Assembly (NCBI RefSeq): GCF_006345805.1
Contig: NC_043002.1
Location: forward strand, 29,512,001-29,576,000
From: Octopus sinensis
Taxonomy: Eukaryota
Length of the DNA: 64,000 nt
Reading direction: 5' to 3'
Under the pieces are notes generated by a model, which saw only the letters and a list, made by a program, of their open reading frames with translations, searched no databases and had not been told where the DNA came from. The translations under genes were made by a program, and so were the position numbers. Position 1 is the stretch's first letter. Every line of letters begins with the position of its first letter. Shown piece after piece: positions 55,074 through 64,000 of the stretch.

Positions 55074-55085
<12 letters not shown>
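52505..55085. repeat. Tandem duplication of a ~1.3 kb unit (~52505-53745 and ~53795-55085)
   Basis: Collinear sequence from CTGTTGTCGTCGTCGAC (52514 and 53804) to CCCAGTTAGAAT. Differences are microsatellite lengths plus a few SNPs and indels. Confidence 0.95.
53320..53700. repeat. 44-bp hairpin-forming direct repeats (53320-53363 and 53657-53700; also 54655-54698 and 54994-55037)
   Basis: AATTACCAGGGACATTGCATTAGTGGCTATGCAATGTCTCTGGA is identical in all four. It forms a 15-bp stem (one G-U) with an 8-nt loop. Confidence 0.9.
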
Positions 55086-55114
<29 letters not shown>

Positions 55115-55115
<1 letters not shown>

Positions 55116-55735
55116 TTTATGTTTAACTTTTGCTTTGCATTTGTACGATTTGGCTCCAGGTCTCACCCAGAGACCTCAAGAGACAACAAATTAGAAGTTC
55201 ATATTAATGTTATGCATAGGGTATCATATATTTGACTTTGTACATAGTATTGTTCTAGATAATGTTTAAGTAAATAAGAAAATTATGAGTTTGTTCTAAA
55301 ATTTGAGATTACGTAGACAGTATTTTACGTATGATATGAGCAGTTCCCATGAACACTATCTTTTGAATTTCTGCCATTTTGGGGTTTCCTGAAGTTGAGC
55401 TAGGTAGAAATCAGTCCCTTTTGCTATCATTCACAGGGCACCTATGACAACAGGTATTGTGTTAGTCTTTGCTAATTTCTATTTCAAGATAATTATACTT
55501 GCTCAGTTTGTGGTAGGTCTTGACAAATACGTTTATAACGGTTGGGTCATTAATGTCAATGAGGAGGCATGATTTTGTATGGAGTCTTTCAATATAATAG
55601 CTGGCCTATTTGCAACTATCTTTCTGTCAGTTTGAATGGTAGAGTTCCAGAGGAGTGAGATGTGATCATTTTCATGTGGTTTGTGTTCCCACCAATTTTT
55701 ATCATGTGGCAGGTGCAAGTTTTGCAAATTACCAA
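55115..55735 (-). mobile_element. R4/Dong-like RLE LINE 3' fragment (copy A)
   Basis: Minus strand LHLPHDKNWWEHK..HISLLWNSTIQTDRKIVANRPAIILK..IPVVIGAL, then a 3' UTR. (AAT)n on both sides in element orientation. Confidence 0.9.
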
Positions 55736-55765
55736 ATTATCATTATTATTATTATTATTATTATT

Positions 55766-56305
55766 GAGAGAGCAGTGCATGCCATCAAAGTGACACTGGG
55801 GTAAAATATACGAAGCCCAGTATACCCATCATGACTACCCGTCTGATAAGGGTACACTAGGTACATGCATCACAACCATATGTGTGCGACATAGCGATCT
55901 CATATCAAGATAAACAGCGTATGACCTTGCAGGTGGTACCCAGTTAGAATTTTCTTCTGGTCGAGTAACCCATCCTGCTCAAAAGATCCCTGAATAAGGG
56001 TTGTTTAAAGATGTTGAACGAACCACCCATGATTCCAGAGGTGAAATATTCAAACCCCAATGAATCCTTCTCAACACATGGCTATGATGCTCCCCCACTA
56101 CTTCTGCTCCTGATCAGAGATGCACATATCGTCACCCATTAAGGTACATGCTCAACTGGTTATGGTCAAACAACTGACAAGCAAATCTGTGGTATTGAGC
56201 AGAATATTTGCTGTAGCCCATCTTTTATACCAAGACAAAACAATGTACATGATAACACTTCCAATCAGAAGCCATGAGAGCCTTTGCCTGGTATTGCATC
56301 AGGGC
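55766..56305 (-). mobile_element. Family X non-coding element, full length (540 bp)
   Basis: In element orientation it starts GCCCTGATGCAATACCAGGC and ends CTGCTCTCTC followed by (AAT)n. Matches 41654 and 57225. Confidence 0.85.
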
Positions 56306-56332
56306 ATTATTATTATTATTATTATCATTATT

Positions 56333-56939
56333 TTACATTTAAGTTTTTGCTTTGCATTTGTACAATTTAGCTCCAAGTCTCCCCCACAGACCTGAAGCGA
56401 CAACAAGTTGGAATTTCCTGTTGGTGTTATGCCTAGGGTGTCATATATTTTGGTTTTGTATATAGTATTGGTCTAGAAAATTTGAGATTACATATTAAGT
56501 ATTTTACGTAGGTTATGGGCAGTTCCCATGAGCACTATCTTTTGAATTTCTGCCATTTTGGGATTTTTGGTATCTGAGCTAGGTAGCAATCAGCCCCTTT
56601 TGCTATCATTCCTAGGGCACCTATGACAACAGGTATTTTTTTAGTATTCATGTTCCATATTTTGCTAATTTCTATTTCAAGATCTTTATATTTGCTCAGT
56701 TTGTGGTAGGTCTTGACAGATACCTTTATAACGATTGGGATAGTCATATTAATGAGAAGGCATGGTTTTTGTATCAAGTACTTCAATATAATATTTGGCC
56801 TATTTGCATCTATCTTTCTGTCAGTTTGAATGGTGAAGTTCCAGAGGAGTGAGATGTGATCATTTTCAAGCACTGGAGGTGGTTTGAGTTCCCACCAGTT
56901 TTTATTATGGGGCAGGTCCAGGTTTTTGCAAATTACCAA
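56333..56939 (-). mobile_element. R4/Dong-like RLE LINE 3' fragment (copy B)
   Basis: ORF 56535-56939: VICKNLDLPHNKNWWELKPPPVLENDHISLLWNFTIQTDRKIDANRPNIILK..LLINMTIP..KLSKYKDLEIEI..IPVVIGALG. Confidence 0.92.
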
Positions 56940-56958
56940 ATTATTATTATCATTATTA

Positions 56959-56999
<41 letters not shown>

Positions 57000-57224
57000 G
57001 TTGTTGTTGTTGTTGTTGTTGTTGTTATCATTATTATTATTATTATTGTTATTATTATTATTATTATTATTATTTTTATCATTATAATCATTATTGTTGT
57101 TATCATTATTATTATTATTGTTGTTATCATTATTATTATCATTATTATTATCATTATTATTATTATTGTTATCATTATTATTAGTATTATTATTATTGTT
57201 ATCATTATTATTATTATTATTATT

Positions 57225-57778
57225 GAGTGAGAGAGCAGTTCATGCCATCAAAGTGACACTGGGGTAAAATATACGAAGCCCAATATACCCATCATGACTA
57301 CCCGTCTGATAAAGGTACACCAGGCACATGCATCACAACCATATGTGCGCGACATGGTGATCTCATATCAAGATAAACAGCACATGACCTTGCAGGTGGG
57401 GCCCAGTTAGAATTTTCTTCAGGTTGAGTAGCTCATCCCGCTCAAACGGTCCCTGAATAAGGGTTGTTTAAGGATGTTGAAAGAAACACCCATGTTTCCA
57501 GAGGTGAATTATTCAAACCCCAAAGAATCCCTCTCAACACATGGCTATGATGCTCCCCCACTACTTATGCTCGTGATCAGAGATGCACATATCGTCAGCC
57601 ACTAAGGGACATGCTCAACTGGTTAAGGTCAAACAACTGACAAGCAAATCTGTGGTATTGAGCAGAATATTTGCTGTAGCCCATCTTTTATACCAAGACA
57701 AAACAATGTACATGATAACACTTCCAATCAGTTAAGATCAGAAGCCATGAGAGCCACTGCCTGGTACTGCATCAGGGC
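57225..57778 (-). mobile_element. Family X non-coding element, full length (554 bp)
   Basis: In element orientation it starts GCCCTGATGCAGTACCAGGC, the same 5' end as the 55766 copy, and ends CTCTCTCACTC followed by (AAT)n. Confidence 0.85.
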
Positions 57779-57782
57779 TATT

Positions 57783-57989
57783 ATATGTGTGACTTTTGCT
57801 TTGTATTTGTACAAGTTGATTCCACGTGTTACCCAGAGACCTCAAGTGACAACAAGTTAAATGTTCATGTTGGTGTTATGCCTAGAGTGTCATATATTTG
57901 GGTTTGCCCAGTATTGTTATAGAGAATGTCTAAGATTTCATAAGAAAATTATGAATTTGTTTTTTTTGTAAATTTGTGATTACATAGAC
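57783..57989 (-). mobile_element. R4/Dong-like LINE, 3' UTR-only fragment
   Basis: Reverse complement begins TCTATGTAATC (the ORF stop region of copy C) and follows the same 3' UTR to GCAAAAGTCACACAT. Confidence 0.75.
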
Positions 57990-58003
57990 ATAATAATAAT
58001 AAT

Positions 58004-58034
<31 letters not shown>

Positions 58035-58043
58035 GTAATAATA

Positions 58044-58109
<66 letters not shown>

Positions 58110-58112
<3 letters not shown>

Positions 58113-58935
58113 GAAACTACCAGGCCAACATATTAAAGATCAGAAGCAGTCCAACGTGTCGTGTATGCAAGCAACAAAATGAAACCATTGACCATGTGGT
58201 CTCCAAGTGCAGTCTTCTAGCGCCTACAGAGTATCTCAACAGGCACGATAGAGCTGCACAATATATTCACTGGGTAATCTGTAAAAACCTGGATTTGCCC
58301 CATGAAAAAAACTGGTGGGAACACAAACCACCCCCAGTGCTTGAAAATGACCACATCTCACTCCTCTGGAACTTCACCATTCAAACTGACAGGAAGATAG
58401 ATGCAAATAGGCCAGACATCATATTGAAAAACTTCAAACAAAGAACATGACTCCTCATTGATATGACTGTCCAATCGATATAAACGTATCTGTCAAGACC
58501 TACCAAAAACTGAGCAAATATAAAGATCTTGAAATAGAAATCAGCAAAATGTGGAAGCTGAAGACTAAAACAATACCTGGTGTCATAGGTGCCCTGGGAA
58601 TGATAGCAAAAGGCGCTGATAGCTACCTAACTCAGATACCAGGAAACCCAAAAATGGCAGAAGTTCAAAAGATAGTGCTCATGGGAACTGCTCATATCCT
58701 ACGCAAAATACTCTCTATGTAATCTCAAGGTTTAAAACAAACATAATTTTCGGTTTAAAAAAAAAAAAAAAAAAACCTTTTTTTTTTTAGACATTCATTA
58801 GTACAACATCCCACCCCCAAATATATGGCACACTAGGCATAACAACAACATGAACTTCCAACCCTGTTGTCTCTTGAGGTCTCTGGGTGAGACTTGGAGC
58901 CAACTTGTACAAATATAAAGCAAAAGTCAAACATA

Positions 58936-58937
<2 letters not shown>
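58110..58937 (+). mobile_element. R4/Dong-like RLE LINE 3' fragment (copy C): CCHC zinc knuckle + PD-(D/E)xK endonuclease + 3' UTR
   Basis: CRVCKQQNETIDHVVSKC..RHDRAAQYIHW..RPDIILK..LLIDMTV..KLSKYKDL..VIGALG..VQKIVLMGTAHILRKILSM* (stop ends 58722; one internal stop, one frameshift). (AAT)n on both sides. Confidence 0.95.
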
Positions 58938-58969
<32 letters not shown>

Positions 58970-59173
58970 GCTACAGCTAATATTCTGCTCAATACCACAG
59001 ATTTGCTTGTCAGTTGTTTGACCTTAACCAGTTGAGCATGCCACTTAGTGGCTGATGATATGTGCATCTCTGGTCACGAGCAGAAGTAGTGGGGGAGTAT
59101 CATAGCCATGTGTTGAGAGGGATTTTTGGGGGTTTGAATAGTTCACCTCTGGAGACATGGGTGTTTCGTTCAA
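58970..59173 (+). mobile_element. Family X element, internal fragment
   Basis: GCTACAGCTAATATTCTGCTCAATACCACAGATTTGC..CACCTCTGGAGACATGGGTG matches the 41654 copy. Confidence 0.8.
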
Positions 59174-59331
59174 AGAAATTTCACACTCTTTGGAACCCTA
59201 ACATCAAAAGCGCCTCAGTTAGGTACAGGTGCACAGCTAGAGAAGGCTCATTCACACGGGCGATTCTTACCACATTCACCTACCTTTCAACAAATTTACA
59301 CCTCTTTCTCCAGCTTCACTTACCTTTTTAG

Positions 59332-59476
59332 GTGGAACCTGACAAAGTTAATAAAGCCTTGACTGAGGAGGAAGCCACCCGTCTTCAACCCTTTCGGTCA
59401 CGTCCACCACACAACTTCTTTCGCCATTGCCACCAAACAGAGAAAAACAACCTTCCTTTCCGACCAAAGGAAAGAG
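59332..59476 (+). other. Candidate 145-nt exon (unverified)
   Basis: Pyrimidine tract ending ..CCTTTTTAG acceptor, open phase-0 frame VEPDKVNKALTEEEATRLQPFRSRPPHNFFRHCHQTEKNNLPFRPKER, donor GAG/GTGAGA. No recognised homology. Confidence 0.25.
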
Positions 59477-60535
59477 GTGAGACTATTTTCATGATGGACG
59501 ATACGGGCTAGACTTATTCTCGTTGTTGAAGCCCTCGCTCGCTAAACTTTGGCCATTCCCTGAAAGATATTGAACTGTAAATGCCAGCAGTTACTCTTCA
59601 ACGAGTATGGGTCAGTTACAAGTGCCATGCGTTCATTAATAGTTTCAAATGCCTTTGTAGTCGTGAGCATTACGTGAAAAAGCTATAGGAAAGGAGAAAG
59701 AGGGGAGAGAGAGAGAGAGAGAGAGAGAAAGAGGAAGAGAAAGAAAGAGAGAGAGAGAAAGAACCGATTGAGCTTCGGAAAGTACTCTCATTTTCAGCTG
59801 ATTAAACTGCAGTACTATGAAATGATAATTGCTCCAGCGAAGGTAAAATATACTTAGATTGTATGTACTTCAATATTCAGGTGACTAAAGGTTCATTGTA
59901 TATATATATATATTTTTTTTTGGCACTTTATTGATATTGACATGGAAAAACAAATTAATTTGGTAAAGCCTTATAACTGAAATTTCCATAAAATGGCAAA
60001 CTTGTGTACATTATGCTACATATGGCTCCTATCTCACACAAGGTCGTTATCTTATACTGCATATATATTACTGCACATTATATCTATATGATAAAAGTAA
60101 GAGAATACATTAATTTGATAATATATGAAAGTGGCCATTTTGAATACATACATCTATACAAATACACATATACATATTCTATATCTATATGCATGTTTAT
60201 ATATATGTGAGTGTATAAATGCATGTAGGTATATGTATACATATATATATTTACAATATATGTCTATATGTATGTACATATACACACACACATTCACACA
60301 CACACACACACACATATATATATACATATACATGCGACTATCTCTGGTAAACACCAGAAATGCTCAGAGAATTTCATTGGCAGAATATTTGAAATCCCAA
60401 ATAAGTAGCTGCAACAGCTAGCTACTTAAATTTAATATAATTAAAATTATAATACAAAATAATATAATACATTATAATTAGTGCATACATACACACCCAC
60501 ATTCACACACACGTACACGGAAATATATATATATG

Positions 60536-60568
<33 letters not shown>

Positions 60569-60656
60569 ATATATATATACACACACGTACACGCACATAT
60601 TTGTGTGTATACATATATACATGCATATGCATATACATACATACATACATATATAT

Positions 60657-60746
<90 letters not shown>

Positions 60747-61402
60747 TGAGATATTATCTCATTTGAGTCTGAGATGTAGAGATAAAACGAAAAGTTAGCT
60801 TAACGTTTCAAGAAAGACAAGGTACAAGTAAAAATAATAAAATGGCGTAGTTGGTCGTTTGACATGGTAACTGGCAGGTAAATTTGTGCGTGATGACTGA
60901 ATGGACCTCCAGGTTATGTATTCATCTAACATCCCCTCTCTTTCTATCTTTCTCAGCTTCCATCATTTTCTCTCATAATCTTACTATTTCTCTCTCTATT
61001 TTATTTTTTTCGCCATTTTTACTATTCTCATATATATATTTATTTATACTCTCTCTCTCTCTGAATCCAACTATCTTTTTATAGAGTCATATTCTTAGCC
61101 CTCTTTCTGCATTTGCATCCCTTTCTCCCCCTCTCTCTCTCTCTTTGCTTGGTCTCATCCACTTTCTCTTACACTCAATCTAACATGCATTTTACTACTC
61201 TCTTACATATGAATGCTCAATTTCTCCTTTCTCATTCACCTCTCATGCAATTTTCACATCCCCCTTTGTATCTCTCTCCCTCTCTCTTTATTTACATATC
61301 TTTCCTGCTTCACATCCTCCTTTCAAAACCGTTTTTCCCCTTGTACTTGTCAGTATCCACATGTTCTATCCTTCTTTATCTTACATGTCTCATTATTTAT
61401 TT

Positions 61403-61455
<53 letters not shown>

Positions 61456-62468
61456 TCTTTGTTTCTCTCTCTCTCTCTCCCTTTCTGCCTTTCTCTCACG
61501 ATCACCCCAATTCCAGAACTTGCTATTTATCTCTATGTTTTTGTATTTATCCTTCACACTCTATTTTCTTTCTTCATTGTTCTTTTTAAACATTTCACTC
61601 ATCTTGATAGTTTCTTTTTTGAAGTTTATCCGCTTAGAATCTCACCCCAGCTTCTCTCTCAGACTTCCACCCCTTCTGTTTTACTGACACTCTCAAGTCG
61701 TCTACTTCACTCAAACATCCACCCAGTCTCCTTTATTCACACTTCCACTCTCTTTCCGTCACTCGGGCTTTCATCCTATCTTCTGCACTCATACTTGCAC
61801 CTTCTTTCTTGTACTCATACTTCTACTACGTCGCCTCAACTCATGTGTTCATCTACACACCTTCACTTATTTACACTCCATTCTTCCTCTCTCATACTTC
61901 ACTATCATACATTAACACTGACGTCTAGTCAGAAACTCTCCACCCTCAATTAAAGTAATCTTAATTATCTCTCATGTTAAGCCCAATGCACTAATTGCTA
62001 ATCATATCGCTGTCTCTTGACGCATATCCTGTGTTCAGTGCTATAAAATAAGGCATAGCTGACTGGTTTAGATGTTCACTTCGAATCATTAGATCTGGAG
62101 TTCAATCGCACTGATAAGCACATTGAGAAAGCATCTTCTATGCTATCCTTGGGCCAACACAATATTTTGATATAAATTTCGGCACAATAAGTATGTTGTA
62201 ATATTCCTATAGAATTTTCAGTGCTTGGACAGCTGTATTCCCAGAACATCACCTTGAGCGAATTAACGAGAATAAACCGCAAGCATTACTGTTTTTTTTT
62301 TTGGACATTTACTTTTTCTGTTGATCTTTTATTCCTTTCTTCTTTTGCCATATTTCTTGATAACATGATGTGAGCAAACCATCATAAACTCATATACTCT
62401 CGCACATGCATATACACTCGCAAGCACAAACAATATATATACAGATATATATATATATATATATATAT

Positions 62469-62530
<62 letters not shown>

Positions 62531-62859
62531 ATATGCGTATATATATATATATTTATGCATGTATGTATGCTTATATATATATATGTGTGTGTATATATAT
62601 ATATATATAGCTACGCTGGTGAAGTATAGGCATAGTTATGTTGGAAAATTATAGGACCGTAGCCTAACTTAATAATAGATTATACACAAGTTGTTTCAAA
62701 CATTTCCTCGAAGATCGTTGCATATCTAATGGTATATGTAGTTACGACGAGCAGGCAGGTAGAAAAAGGGAATAAAGCTGTACTGTCTGAATTAGGAAAA
62801 CATCGTAGAAATACTGCGTTTGTGTGGGTTGAACACAGAAAAGTTCTTAACTTCACTCC

Positions 62860-63900
62860 CCAATTACGGTCACTGAAGTCAGTACAGGCGGTAAAAGCAA
62901 CTGCCACCTTTGTTGCTGCTATGAAAAGGTTCATGTAGATGTATTCAGCAGTTCTCTTATATGTAAGGGAATATAGAACTATTTTGTCTGATGTTATTTC
63001 AAACGACATTTTAATTGTGTGTTTGCTTACTTTGGATTTTAAGTACAATATAATTCGTTTTCGGAAATCCATCAATCCATATGTCCTAGGGTATGCAGTA
63101 GCAAGCGACACAAATGTAAACCTCAATAACTTTGTGGACAGTTTGATGATCAATACTCTAATTATTAAGAATATTTGAAAAACAGCTGAATTTAATCAGA
63201 GAAATTTCCACTAAGAGTGGGAAATATTTTGGCCAAAAAATTTTCGCATCAAGCTATTTAACATTGAAACAACTGTTTCCCAATCCAAAAGTTTAGCCTC
63301 AAGGCTCATTCTATTTCCCTGTTTCACAAAAGAAGTGATATAAATACATACCAAGTTATTGTTGGAAATAGATCATGCATAAGTAATGCGAACAATTATA
63401 GAGTGACCAATGAATATTACTCCAGACTTTTTAAAGATATGAAGATCAGCGATCAGCATATTCCTCTTACAACAAAGTTTTATACCACAATCATTTGCAT
63501 TTGAATTGCCCCGTCTGAAATCAACATTTAGGTTACTCGATTACTCTATAACGGAATCCACTCTACCGTTTTTAAATTTTGAAACATCCCGAAATGTGCT
63601 GCAAATTTCCACAGAAGAAAAGTGGAATGAAAGGACTTAATGTCAGTTCAGACAGATTCCGAATGTTTTATAGTATCACTCAAACAGCGTCTGCTCAACA
63701 ATTGCAACAAAAAAAAATACATAAAGTGCTCAAAAATGAAGAAAACTACATACTGCGGAGACAAGCACTCACTTTCTGATGACCTAAAACTAGAATTGCT
63801 GGACTCACATATGTCAGCAAACATCTCAACGAGAAATACTCTGAATGCCACACACACAAAAAGAAAAACAAATCATGTTATGCATGCTTCCAGAAAAGTT
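62860..63900 (+). mobile_element. Possible decayed hAT (Charlie/SPIN, GTF2IRD2-like) transposase relic
   Basis: Scattered collinear traces across frames: KSV/STGG (TDG motif), FRIKLF..LFPC, EYYSR.(F)KD, CSKMKKT...SLSDD.K.E. These resemble the hAT C-terminal FS.MK..KS..R..LSD region. Confidence 0.35.
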
Positions 63901-64000
63901 CGTATGTTTTCTGTAAAATTCAAAAAAGATGGCAATATTAATATATATATATACATATTATCACAAGAAACATTAGTGGTACATGCACAAACAAAAGTTC

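Noticed and set aside
60880-61960. Long hydrophobic ORFs (158 and 246 aa) suggesting a membrane protein
   Set aside because: They arise from a decayed pyrimidine-rich (CT)n tract with an embedded (CA)n run.
62680-63178. 157-aa minus ORF and a GPCR DRY-like reading of IVCLLTLDFKY
   Set aside because: No transmembrane series or recognisable family; a decayed transposase on the plus strand explains the region at least as well.

Overview
AT-rich eukaryotic DNA saturated with microsatellites ((TA)n, (CA)n, (AAT)n, (GAT)n, (GATA)n, (AGA)n). The tRNA-derived SINE families and microsatellite density suggest an octopus or other coleoid cephalopod; this is inference, not database-verified. No host protein-coding gene could be supported, and almost all ORF-track entries are microsatellite translations. 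Recognisable content is transposon-derived: three tRNA-SINE families; a near-complete frameshifted CR1-clade LINE ORF2 (34331-37244) and a second CR1 3' fragment; (TAA)n-embedded R4/Dong-like restriction-endonuclease LINE fragments clustered at 55.1-58.9 kb and alternating with a ~0.55 kb non-coding element; Penelope-like ends with hammerhead-ribozyme cores; a maT/DD37D mariner fragment nested in a hAT-type MITE; a mariner MITE; and decayed Helitron, RTE, hAT and possibly piggyBac relics. The most interesting signals are: (1) an exact 3 x 221 bp tandem array, each unit carrying a split type-I hammerhead core with a palindromic helix III (retrozyme/pLTR-like); (2) a TAA-targeting non-coding retroposon-like family; (3) a SINE 3' tail shared with a CR1 3' end, with a stem-loop kept despite changed stem sequence; (4) a 44-bp hairpin direct repeat. 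All structures and translations were read by eye, and coordinates of degenerate elements are approximate.
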